In this document: positions 50,375 through 59,035 of the stretch, one piece after another | Numbering within the stretch: position 1 is the first letter of the stretch | Layout of the letters: each line of letters starts with the position of its first letter | Translations under genes and position numbers: made by a program | The notes under the pieces: model-generated | The model's input: the letters and a program-made list of their open reading frames with translations, nothing else | The model's database searches: none | What the model was told of the DNA's origin: nothing | IMG/VR virus record: IMGVR_UViG_3300021255_000114 | Coordinates: 64,001 to 128,000 of that record | Origin: a virus | Taxonomy: Duplodnaviria > Heunggongvirae > Uroviricota > Caudoviricetes | Length of the DNA: 64,000 nucleotides | Reading direction: 5' to 3' (one strand)

Positions 50375-50400
50375 TGCTTTTCCTTTTTATTTTTTTTTTT

Positions 50401-50457
50401 AACCACAAGAAAAATCTTGTGGTTTTTTTGTTTCTTTTACGAAAAAATAGTATATTT
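50401..50457 (+). terminator. Terminator hairpin plus early-type promoter for the sigma factor gene
   Basis: AACCACAAGA...TCTTGTGGTT plus T run; TTTG at 50427; TAGTATATTT at 50448-50457. Confidence 0.7.
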
Positions 50458-50493
50458 AATATAGAATAACTTAAGTTAATTTAACATAAATCC

Positions 50494-51198
50494 GTGGCAC
50501 GTGATGATATAAAAAACATCGATAACCTGCAAACCTATTTTAAAGCCATAAAAAACTCTAAAGGCTTGACAAGGGAACAGGAAGCCGAACTTGGCAAAAG
50601 GATAAAATCCGGTGATAAGTCCGCAGTCACCGAATTAGTTGAGGCCAATTTACAGTTTGTTGTGAGAACAGCAAAACAATATGTAAATAGCGGGGTTCCA
50701 TTAGATGATTTGATTTCTGAAGGAAATTTTGGCCTGTATAGAGCCGCAGAGAAATTCGATTACACAAAGGGTAAGAAGTTCATAACATATGCCGTATGGT
50801 GGATTAAATCATATATCCAAGATGCAATTAAGCAATACAAGGGTTGTTCCGACGAAGTTTCCCTTGAGGATTATATGAAATATGGGGATTATGGTGAGGA
50901 AACATACCAAGAGAGTGCGGAAATCGTAAATAACGAATACGAGCAAAAACTTACGGATATCCAAAGTCGCGGTATGGCAGTCGATGAACTTATGGGGTGT
51001 TTGCAAGAGCGTGAGAATAAAATATTATGCCTTTACTTTGGTTTGCATGGCAAAAAACAGATGAACCTCAAAGAAATAAGTGAAGAAATGAATATCTCAT
51101 CGGAACGTGTTCGACAGATTGTCAATACCTCAATTACCAAATTAAAGGCTAACGTACTCGGAGGTGAACATTTCGAAGAATTTCGTGATTTATATTAA
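50494..51198 (+). CDS. Phage-encoded sigma70-family RNA polymerase sigma factor
   Basis: Region 1.2 (YFKAI..LTREQE), region 2 (LVEANLQFVV..AKQY, DLISEGNFGL..AAEKFD, FITYAVWWI), region 4 HTH (LKEISEEMNISSERVRQI). Confidence 0.93.
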   Translation: MARDDIKNIDNLQTYFKAIKNSKGLTREQEAELGKRIKSGDKSAVTELVEANLQFVVRTAKQYVNSGVPLDDLISEGNFGLYRAAEKFDYTKGKKFITYAVWWIKSYIQDAIKQYKGCSDEVSLEDYMKYGDYGEETYQESAEIVNNEYEQKLTDIQSRGMAVDELMGCLQERENKILCLYFGLHGKKQMNLKEISEEMNISSERVRQIVNTSITKLKANVLGGEHFEEFRDLY

Positions 51199-51270
51199 AG
51201 GATTATTTGTTTTTCCTCTTGCACCATATTTATTATATGATTTTGGCTCTGGTCAAGAGAAAAATAAAAA

Positions 51271-51378
51271 CACGGCCGGGACGGTCGAAATCGATGCCTG
51301 TGACAGGTAGGAAACTGCGATATCTGAAAAGTCAGTAGGTGAAATGGGAGTCCACAACTTTAGTCAGGAGCAGTTCAA
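51271..51378 (+). ncRNA. Orphan IS200/IS605 (TnpB) right-end / omegaRNA-like scaffold
   Basis: GC-rich island ACGGCCGGGACGGTCGAAATCGATGCCTGTGA, GTAG-GAAA-CTGC GNRA hairpin, and the end GGGAGTCCACAACTTTAGTCAGGAGCAGTTCAA. It resembles tnpB 3' ends from memory; no covariance search was run. Confidence 0.55.
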
Positions 51379-51410
51379 TAGTAATAATAATTTGTAAAAG
51401 CACTAACAAG

Positions 51411-51728
51411 ATGGCAAGCACAACAAAGAAAAATACAACAAAGAAAAATACAACATCCAAGTCAAAGAGGACTGAGGAATCCATTATCGACCCCTCTGTC
51501 AACGACATTATAATTGAAGCCTCGGAAGAGGAAAAGACTGAAGTAGAGACCTTGCCCCAAGACATTGTCCCTGAAATTGAAGAGGAAGACAACATCGTGG
51601 CAAGTCAAGAGAAAGACAATAGTGAGAAGATAGAAGAGGCTAAAGCGGAAGAACATGGAAACTCAAAAACCATAACCACAACCCAAGTTTATGGCTACAA
51701 CCACATGGGTATGATTTACGAATGGTAA
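51411..51728 (+). CDS. Hypothetical low-complexity protein with a TTKKN tandem repeat
   Basis: ATG at 51411; 15-bp tandem repeat near 51420-51455. Confidence 0.65.
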   Translation: MASTTKKNTTKKNTTSKSKRTEESIIDPSVNDIIIEASEEEKTEVETLPQDIVPEIEEEDNIVASQEKDNSEKIEEAKAEEHGNSKTITTTQVYGYNHMGMIYEW

Positions 51729-51754
51729 TCAATGAATTATAGACAAGTCAGACA

Positions 51755-52357
51755 ATGGTTAGAGATTATATTAGAGAAGACCTTAACAAACTCCGCGGAA
51801 TGCTAAACGAAGGATTAGCAAATGAGGTGGAGGACATTATCTCTTCATTACAGGCAAATTCAAATATAGAGGATGAGCATGAGGTTGATATCCAAGCAGG
51901 TGACGACCTTGAAGACGATATAAAAAATCCTGACACCGGCAAGGATGCATTGGAAACAATTCCCTATAGCACTAACGATGAACTCCTATCATCCATCACA
52001 CAGACTTGCAAGGAACGTTTTGGGGCAAATTTTACCAAGTCAAAAACCCCAATGCTATATTACCCAAAGGATGGTGATGTAACACTTACCGGCGAAATCA
52101 GTTCCCTCAATAATGCGGTTTTTCAATTCAGATACAAAGATGCAACAGGTAATGGATGCTATGTGTGGATTGAACCGCTACATGTTTCGGATGAAACCAT
52201 TAGAGTCTTAAGCGTCATTAATGGCATCTATAAGAATTGGAAAAACGAACTTGCCACCTCAGAAGACATTAAACCAATGTCAATGCGTAACGAAGGTGTA
52301 CTCGGGGGCGAACCTGAACCTGCTGATGATGTTACACCTGGTGATGATTTGGATTGA
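51755..52357 (+). CDS. Hypothetical acidic protein, putative head-associated
   Basis: 200-aa ORF with an MLNE motif. Confidence 0.65.
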   Translation: MVRDYIREDLNKLRGMLNEGLANEVEDIISSLQANSNIEDEHEVDIQAGDDLEDDIKNPDTGKDALETIPYSTNDELLSSITQTCKERFGANFTKSKTPMLYYPKDGDVTLTGEISSLNNAVFQFRYKDATGNGCYVWIEPLHVSDETIRVLSVINGIYKNWKNELATSEDIKPMSMRNEGVLGGEPEPADDVTPGDDLD

Positions 52358-52389
52358 GGAGAGTCTAATACAATATGCTCAATCACGAC

Positions 52390-52446
52390 AAGCGGCTAAA
52401 TCCATGTGATTGGCCGCTTATTTGTTTCAAGACCAAACTATTTATA
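52390..52446 (+). promoter_or_regulatory. Hairpin (52390-52419) followed by the late-type promoter TATTTATA (52439-52446)
   Basis: AAGCGGCTA...TGGCCGCTT stem; motif lies 19 nt before the ATG at 52466. Confidence 0.55.
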
Positions 52447-52465
52447 AGAAACGGTAATTTAGATT

Positions 52466-52693
52466 ATGCAATTTTCCCCTATTATAAACGAAGAAGAAAT
52501 CAAAAATATTCTTCATGAAGAACTTACAAAAGGTGAAGTCCGTGCAATGATTAGCAGTGAACTTGACGACTTCACAAAAAACGAAAAACTAAAAAAGACA
52601 ATAAAGAACCTTACCGCAGATGTTTTGGAAGATTTTCTTGACTCTTTATGGAGAAGAAAGGCATTTTGGAAGGGCACTATTAAAAGGAGTTAA
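52466..52693 (+). CDS. Small hypothetical protein
   Basis: 75-aa ORF after the late promoter. Confidence 0.65.
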   Translation: MQFSPIINEEEIKNILHEELTKGEVRAMISSELDDFTKNEKLKKTIKNLTADVLEDFLDSLWRRKAFWKGTIKRS

Positions 52694-52695
52694 AC

Positions 52696-54771
52696 GTGGG
52701 AAATACATTTATTATAAACGAGGATGTTTTAAACGAGGTTGCCAATATAATGAAACCGACGGAATCGCAGTTTAATTCAAACGTGCGTTATTTCCTTCAT
52801 CAGTTAATCGACGACCCTGTACATGCTGAAATCCCGACTTGCATAAAAATGGCTAATATTTCGCGTTCAAGGTTTATTAAAATGTTGATTGACCGAGGAA
52901 TCCTAGTACGAAATGAACGCTTGAACGACACAGATAAGGATGGGAATCACAAAACTCCGACAATGGCGGTTAAATATACCATTGTTAACAAAATCCCTGA
53001 CGAATTGGAATATAAAGTTTCTAAAACGGATTTTGATAGAAGGATAGAAAAACTCCGCAGGAGCATATTTGAAAAAAATCTTCCCCAAAAGAAATTTAAC
53101 AACCCATTGGGTGATAAAGTTGCAAATGCAAAGAACACTCCAATGACAATGGGATTTATTGCCCCCGGGGAGAAGAAAAACAATGACTTGAATGAAGAAG
53201 GTGGTGATGGGGGCGCAACAAGTGCTGACACATCAGGTGCGTTTGTGCAACCATTGTTTAAAAAAATAGTCAGGAGACAAATAAAGGAAATACTTGAACG
53301 CTTAACACCTGATACCGAAATAAGTAGCAGATACCGTAATCTTGGAGGTGGATTCGATGTCAAACTCGAAGACGGAACGTTTGAGAAAAGCCTTGTCACC
53401 ATACAGAACAAATCCACTAAAACACTCTATCACATATGTTTTGACGGGGCTACATTCAACGTATTCAGAGATATGGGAGACGGAACACCTTGTACACACA
53501 TGAGTTATGTTTTTGATAAACTCATTAACGCAATGAATCAGGATGGATACGTGAACGTCAACGAATCAGCCATGAGCAACGGGCGAGTCTTTAGAATAAG
53601 CGAAGAACAATACAAACAGATAGAGGAAACCACTTCAACAATGAATGTTGGTGGGCCGAAAACGGATTATCAATATACAATTCCGTTCCTTGTAGATGGC
53701 AATGACGAAACAATGCAACGCCACAATGGAGAAGGGAATTCGATTTCAATAAATCACATTCGAGAATCAAAAAACCATGTCAATATGGATGTTGATATCA
53801 GGGATGGCGGTAGACATGCCGTCAAGATGACGGTGGATGAATTCAAACAGGAAATGATACATGCCTATCATATGTATGCCATGGAACAGGAAAGTAAGTA
53901 CAAATTCGATTTGCGATTAACTCCAAGCCCAGGTGATTTTGTATATAAATTGTGTTATAAAAATAAGGAAAATGAGAAATCGAAATATGCAGCCAAAATC
54001 TATAAGGATATATGGGGTGGAAAATACAAGTTCGATTCAGAGAATGTAGATGACTGTGGTGGTATAAAGATGTCAAGCAAAGGTTTTCCGTATATCATGT
54101 GTTGTGCCGGGGGTGATTGGGAATGTCCTGTATGTTTCTTCGTGTATTTCGACGGAAGCCATTTCAGGGGATATATACCATTAAAAGGCAATGCAATCAA
54201 TAGAAACAACAATACAGCGTTTCAGGGAAACGGTGATGAGGAAGAGGCTAAATTCATTGCCAAGGAAAATGACATTGACTATGAGAAAGCAAAGGGTTTG
54301 ACTGGTGACATTAAATTCAACGAGGATGCTTGTTTGAAGGATTTCCTTTCAAGGGTTGAGGTAAAGGGAATCTATAAGAAACGTGACTATACGAAGGACG
54401 AACAAAGATTCAAGGAATATCGTAAGGAAAAAATCGCCGACGAAAAGAAAAGGAGTGAGGAAGCCGAAAGAAGAAGACAGATGAATACACAAGAAAATAA
54501 TGGCGAACCAGATGGCGGTAAAGACTTGAATGAGAATGAAGAAAAAGAAAATTTCTTTCAAAAACACGGTATAAAGGAAGTTTCCTGTGGTCTTGGATAT
54601 TCCGAGAAGGAAGAGAAATGGTATGGTTGGAGCCATAGAGCAATTCATGGTTTCGGGATAGGTGATAAATGTGTAGAGTGTTATCCCACAGGTACTAAAG
54701 AAGGTAAAATAATTAAAACAATGGAACAGGCGAAGGAAGCAGCAAAGAAATTTGCAGACTCCGTCTCATAA
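52696..54771 (+). CDS. Multi-segment hypothetical protein, putative capsid-internal polyprotein
   Basis: 691 aa; segments separated by LNE/VNE/IRE motifs; C-terminal WYGWSHRAIHGFGIG domain. Confidence 0.6.
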   Translation: MGNTFIINEDVLNEVANIMKPTESQFNSNVRYFLHQLIDDPVHAEIPTCIKMANISRSRFIKMLIDRGILVRNERLNDTDKDGNHKTPTMAVKYTIVNKIPDELEYKVSKTDFDRRIEKLRRSIFEKNLPQKKFNNPLGDKVANAKNTPMTMGFIAPGEKKNNDLNEEGGDGGATSADTSGAFVQPLFKKIVRRQIKEILERLTPDTEISSRYRNLGGGFDVKLEDGTFEKSLVTIQNKSTKTLYHICFDGATFNVFRDMGDGTPCTHMSYVFDKLINAMNQDGYVNVNESAMSNGRVFRISEEQYKQIEETTSTMNVGGPKTDYQYTIPFLVDGNDETMQRHNGEGNSISINHIRESKNHVNMDVDIRDGGRHAVKMTVDEFKQEMIHAYHMYAMEQESKYKFDLRLTPSPGDFVYKLCYKNKENEKSKYAAKIYKDIWGGKYKFDSENVDDCGGIKMSSKGFPYIMCCAGGDWECPVCFFVYFDGSHFRGYIPLKGNAINRNNNTAFQGNGDEEEAKFIAKENDIDYEKAKGLTGDIKFNEDACLKDFLSRVEVKGIYKKRDYTKDEQRFKEYRKEKIADEKKRSEEAERRRQMNTQENNGEPDGGKDLNENEEKENFFQKHGIKEVSCGLGYSEKEEKWYGWSHRAIHGFGIGDKCVECYPTGTKEGKIIKTMEQAKEAAKKFADSVS

Positions 54772-54779
54772 TTTTCGTT

Positions 54780-54974
54780 ATGTTAGATATTTATAATACA
54801 AATACAGGGTTCAATCCAAACGACGTTCTTTCAGAAATGGCGCAGATAGACCAAGAGATTGAAGACGAACGCTCAAAAGACGATAGTGAGTACGATAGGG
54901 AGAAAGAATTCAAACTTTTGTACAAACAATTCGTGACAGGATTGAAACTTAACACTGGAGTAAGATTATATTAA
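54780..54974 (+). CDS. Small hypothetical protein (start uncertain; TATTTATA lies at 54788-54795)
   Basis: 64-aa ORF filling the gap. Confidence 0.5.
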   Translation: MLDIYNTNTGFNPNDVLSEMAQIDQEIEDERSKDDSEYDREKEFKLLYKQFVTGLKLNTGVRLY

Positions 54975-54993
54975 AAGTAATATTATATAACAA

Positions 54994-56232
54994 ATGATTA
55001 AAGAAGGCAAATATACAATCAGCGAATTGCGTGCTGCCCTACAGGAAAGCGACACCAAAAACGAATTCAAGCCGGTGCTTGGTAATGGTGTTGAGAAGGA
55101 CAACAGGAAAAACAACGGAGAGGCTGTGAAGGATATTACCAAGGAAGTTGGAAAATACAACGGCGAGAAGATGGTTCACACCGTAGTAACTCCCGTTGAC
55201 AGAAATAAAACCACCCTCGATGTTGTTTGGAATGAACTTGAACCTGGCAAGGAATGGAAAGACAGGGTTGATGCACAGGTAGAGGGTTATCCGTCAGTGG
55301 ATAACAAGAAGAACACCGATGCCAAAGACAACGGAGGACTTGACTACAAAGGAAACGAAGAATTCCTAAAAAATCGCGAGAAATTGCAAAAGGACTGGAA
55401 AGGAACCGTAAAAGATGATATGGATGCCGGTCTTAAGGGTCGCGAATTAAAAAAATACAATGTGGTTAATGAGAATTTCGACCCGGAAGATGATTATATG
55501 ACCACACCCGATATTGTGGCTAAGGATTTCATTCGTTGGGCTACAACCGAAGCCGATCGCGGGCACAATTATCCAATTAATGCTATGCAGATGATTTATG
55601 ACGCTTACGTCAATAAAGACCAAGAGGCTCTTGAAGATGTGGCAACTGCTTACTTTGAGGCTAAATATACTGACATGGCACAATGGGAAACTGTTATGAA
55701 AGGTGTTGAAAAAGCAGTTAATGCCTATGGTTATTACAATGATTTAGAACATAATAACGCAATAGAAGATAATAACGATACCGATGGTAATGAATCCGTC
55801 GATATGACAATTAATAATAATGAGCCGGTGGATGACAAGCCAGAACCATTGGACGAGAATAAGACAAATAAAACAAAAAAGAATATGAAACGTCTTCACT
55901 ATAAAAAAACCACATTCCTTACAGAAGCACAGATGCTCAAGACTATTCCGGAAGAATTCAAAACAAACGGAAATAAATTTTATGTTAAAGACGCAAGCGG
56001 CACAGAGTATCTTGTTGAGTGCACCGTCGACGAAAAATTTGATTTTCCGACATTGTCAGTTGTGAGCAAATTGAATGAGAGTAAGACCAACAGCGAGATT
56101 AATCGTATGAAACAACTTTTCGGTTACGAAAGCTCACAGTTCAACACTAAGGTCGATAAAAAGTCAGAAACACTTCAAAGTCTTCATGAGGATATTGAGA
56201 AGGTCAAAGGATTGGAGAAACTTAAAGATTAA
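54994..56232 (+). CDS. Hypothetical protein, putative head-internal protein
   Basis: 412 aa, hydrophilic, with several (L/I/V)-x-E motifs. Confidence 0.6.
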   Translation: MIKEGKYTISELRAALQESDTKNEFKPVLGNGVEKDNRKNNGEAVKDITKEVGKYNGEKMVHTVVTPVDRNKTTLDVVWNELEPGKEWKDRVDAQVEGYPSVDNKKNTDAKDNGGLDYKGNEEFLKNREKLQKDWKGTVKDDMDAGLKGRELKKYNVVNENFDPEDDYMTTPDIVAKDFIRWATTEADRGHNYPINAMQMIYDAYVNKDQEALEDVATAYFEAKYTDMAQWETVMKGVEKAVNAYGYYNDLEHNNAIEDNNDTDGNESVDMTINNNEPVDDKPEPLDENKTNKTKKNMKRLHYKKTTFLTEAQMLKTIPEEFKTNGNKFYVKDASGTEYLVECTVDEKFDFPTLSVVSKLNESKTNSEINRMKQLFGYESSQFNTKVDKKSETLQSLHEDIEKVKGLEKLKD

Positions 56233-56278
56233 GTCAATTAACCAAAAATAAAGTCTTAATTCTCTTAAATCACTGAAA

Positions 56279-56986
56279 ATGGCTAAAACAACAAAAACGG
56301 ACGCCGAAGAGGGATTTGGTTCACTTGAGAAAATGTTAAAACTTCTCTCCAAATATGGAGCGTGGAATATCATAAAGGCCATTATACTTATTGTGGCATT
56401 CTTTGTGGTAATATGGACAACCACTCATATTGACACTATATTCGAAAACGTTATCGTTAAACAGAATGAGCAGAAGATTGAACAACATGAGACTGTTCTC
56501 AAACGAAGGAATGAGATAAAGCCAAAAATCGACCTTCTTCTTAAGAACACAATGGAAGAATTAGACGCCGACCGTGTATTTGTTATTGAAATGCATAATG
56601 GAACAAATAGCCTGTCCGGACTACCATTCGTATATTGTGAAATGACTTATGAAACATGCAAAAAAGGAATTATGCGTGTTGATGATGAATATGGGTCAGT
56701 TGTCATGTCAAGGTACACATTACCATACTATATGACAGAGAATCAAGTTTATGCCGGTAGTGTTGATGAACTGGAGGAACTTGACCCAAAACTTGCGCAT
56801 CGTATGCGTGATAACGGTACTTATTATATATGTGTGGCTAATATGTACAGTTTTGACAGTTATATTGGTTACGTTGGAATTGGATATGCTGAAGGAAGCA
56901 CACCTGCTGACGTGGATAAATTAAAGGCAGAGGTATTTAAACTTTCACAGAGAGTTTCAATTCTTCTTGATCCGGCACAAATGTAA
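56279..56986 (+). CDS. Putative holin: single TM helix plus GAF-like soluble domain (T4 gpT-like architecture)
   Basis: TM segment IIKAIILIVAFFVVIW, then ADRVFVIEMHNG...IGYVGIGY. Confidence 0.55.
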   Translation: MAKTTKTDAEEGFGSLEKMLKLLSKYGAWNIIKAIILIVAFFVVIWTTTHIDTIFENVIVKQNEQKIEQHETVLKRRNEIKPKIDLLLKNTMEELDADRVFVIEMHNGTNSLSGLPFVYCEMTYETCKKGIMRVDDEYGSVVMSRYTLPYYMTENQVYAGSVDELEELDPKLAHRMRDNGTYYICVANMYSFDSYIGYVGIGYAEGSTPADVDKLKAEVFKLSQRVSILLDPAQM

Positions 56987-56991
56987 TAACA

Positions 56992-57252
56992 ATGGAAAAT
57001 CATGAGAAAAAGATACACATGGTAATCGAAATCATGCAATGGGTTCTGATAATCTTTGCGTTGTTTGCTTGCCTTTTTATATCCCCAAATATGAAACGGC
57101 ACTTTGAGAATGACAAAGAGGAGAAACTATATAAGCAGATAAATGCAGATCAAAAAATAGAGCGTCTTAACAGAGAGAACATTATACTTATTGATTCACT
57201 GGCCAATCTGAAACGCGATACAGTCTATATCTACTCAACCAAAAAGAAATAG
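56992..57252 (+). CDS. Membrane-anchored coiled-coil protein (possible spanin-like lysis accessory)
   Basis: N-terminal TM helix, coiled coil, and RDTVYIY; follows the putative holin. Confidence 0.45.
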   Translation: MENHEKKIHMVIEIMQWVLIIFALFACLFISPNMKRHFENDKEEKLYKQINADQKIERLNRENIILIDSLANLKRDTVYIYSTKKK

Positions 57253-57274
57253 GATAAAACAACGATACTATCGG

Positions 57275-57322
57275 AAAAAGTGCACTGAATTTGTTTTTGG
57301 TGTGCTTTTTTTATTATATTTG
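57275..57322 (+). terminator. Terminator hairpin overlapping an early-type promoter (TTTG 57290, TATATTTG 57315-57322)
   Basis: AAAAAGTGCACTGA...TTGGTGTGCTTTTT; 21-nt spacer between the promoter elements. Confidence 0.6.
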
Positions 57323-57344
57323 CATAAAAGAAAATTTGTTTATC

Positions 57345-57521
57345 ATGAAATTTGTAATGGTTTTTATTCTTATAATGTCGATTATGTACACCATTAAAGA
57401 GGCATTCAACATATTCAAGACTTTTAGAAAAGGAGAGGAATTTAAGCAACCTTGGTATAAAACATTATTATCGTTTGTTTCAGTTTCTTATATAATAACC
57501 ATATTAATTTTCGGCATCTAA
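57345..57521 (+). CDS. Small two-TM membrane protein
   Basis: 58 aa with two hydrophobic helices. Confidence 0.6.
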   Translation: MKFVMVFILIMSIMYTIKEAFNIFKTFRKGEEFKQPWYKTLLSFVSVSYIITILIFGI

Positions 57522-58147
57522 TGGGGTCTGAAATGAACAGGATGATGAACTATATCAAATATGGTTTGTCTCTCAAGACAACCAGTGCGGACGGTCATGA
57601 ATATTTCCTTGTTGGTATCAATTTCAATAAGAAGTGGCAAATTGTGGAACCATCTCCGGAGACCGGTGTTTCATGTGTTGCTGGTAACGACGGAGAAAGT
57701 GAATTTTATTATTTCGCTCCGATTGAGTGTGGTGTAAATGCCATCTTCGATTGTATTGATGACACCATCCATTACAATGAAGATGTTGAGAAAAAAATTA
57801 CATTACTTCGCGAGAAAGTTGCTGAATTACAAGAATTGTTCGCGGAGAAACCGTATGAATGGTTGTTAAACCTCCAATTTGTATACAAACCGGCTAAAAA
57901 AGAAAGGGTGAAAAAATCCACCGAACCAAGGAACATTAAAGAAACCAAACGCATTAATGAGAAATTGCAAAACAACGACCTTGATGAAAAGATGATGGAT
58001 GTTGCGCGTCACGCTTCAAATTTGGACACGTTTACTGACCCTAAAGAAGAGTTTGTCGGTTCGGAGAAAACTGTAGAAACCGGAAATAATATCGAGGAGG
58101 CGAATGAAATTGATACAAAGATTGCCGCCGCCCTTGAAAAACGTTAA
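57521..58147 (+). CDS. Hypothetical protein
   Basis: 208-aa ORF, TAATG-coupled to the upstream gene. Confidence 0.7.
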   Translation: MGSEMNRMMNYIKYGLSLKTTSADGHEYFLVGINFNKKWQIVEPSPETGVSCVAGNDGESEFYYFAPIECGVNAIFDCIDDTIHYNEDVEKKITLLREKVAELQELFAEKPYEWLLNLQFVYKPAKKERVKKSTEPRNIKETKRINEKLQNNDLDEKMMDVARHASNLDTFTDPKEEFVGSEKTVETGNNIEEANEIDTKIAAALEKR

Positions 58148-58159
58148 ATAGTATAATTT

Positions 58160-58573
58160 ATGGTTGCACTTAAGATATTCGCATATATATTTTATGCATA
58201 TGGCCTAACTACAATTATGGTATATGGCAGAGGCCCGTTCGGAATTTGTGAAAGTGTAAGGAAACTTGCCGCAAAAATATCGGACGGACTTGGTGAATTG
58301 TTCAGTTGCCCATTGTGTTTTTCAACTTGGGTTGGAATCCTGACCTCACTTATAGACATTTTGTTTTTAAAGACGGTTGCCCTGACTCCATTTAACATTA
58401 TTATGGGGTCAATAACGGGCTTTTGGGGAGCAAGTCTTGTGGTTTTGCTCGACGCGTTTTCTACGGCGGGCTTTGTGTGGCTATTGCATCAATTCGAGGA
58501 AGCATTGGAACGTCATGGAACATATTATACGGACGAATTCATAGAGGAGGATGAGTTAAATGGCAAACAATAG
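58160..58573 (+). CDS. DUF1360-like membrane protein
   Basis: GPFGICESVR and LGELFSCPLCFSTWVG motif; three hydrophobic segments. Confidence 0.65.
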   Translation: MVALKIFAYIFYAYGLTTIMVYGRGPFGICESVRKLAAKISDGLGELFSCPLCFSTWVGILTSLIDILFLKTVALTPFNIIMGSITGFWGASLVVLLDAFSTAGFVWLLHQFEEALERHGTYYTDEFIEEDELNGKQ

Positions 58574-58790
58574 AATGTTACAGACTGAACTGGATAAAAA
58601 TAGTCTTGACAAGGCTATCATTGAGGCTGAATTGGAAAATATGAAAAGGAGATTTGCGGAAGATATGGCTGATATACCATACAGGACACTTGCAGCAAAG
58701 CCAAAGAAATATAAACGTCCTTTGAAATTCAAAATAAGAGAACAATTTACAGTATTCAAAGAGCAACTTAAGACATTCCTAGGCCTATGA
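58560..58790 (+). CDS. Small hypothetical protein
   Basis: 76-aa ORF overlapping both neighbours. Confidence 0.6.
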   Translation: MANNRMLQTELDKNSLDKAIIEAELENMKRRFAEDMADIPYRTLAAKPKKYKRPLKFKIREQFTVFKEQLKTFLGL

Positions 58791-59035
58791 AATTAAATGA
58801 CGTATACAAAATAGTGAAGGCAATTGAGGACACGTTGCCTGATATTGCCAAAGAGAATAACGGACAAAACATCCGCTCCAATATTCAAGTGCTTTTAAAC
58901 GTAAGCCCAAAGGAATTGAATGACATCAATAAGGAACTTTACCAGCAAGTAAACAAACCTCTCTATGAATATGAAGAGCCTGATGAGGTGATAGTCGAAG
59001 TTTTTGGTATTAAGGTCAACATCAAGAAACAATAG
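58787..59035 (+). CDS. Small hypothetical protein
   Basis: 82-aa ORF with ATGA coupling. Confidence 0.6.
   Translation: MKLNDVYKIVKAIEDTLPDIAKENNGQNIRSNIQVLLNVSPKELNDINKELYQQVNKPLYEYEEPDEVIVEVFGIKVNIKKQ

Noticed and set aside
50375-50400. Long poly-T tract, and poly-A at ~40329, as phase-variation or frameshift sites
   Set aside because: Both are intergenic, next to a terminator or an A-rich leader, and neither interrupts a reading frame.
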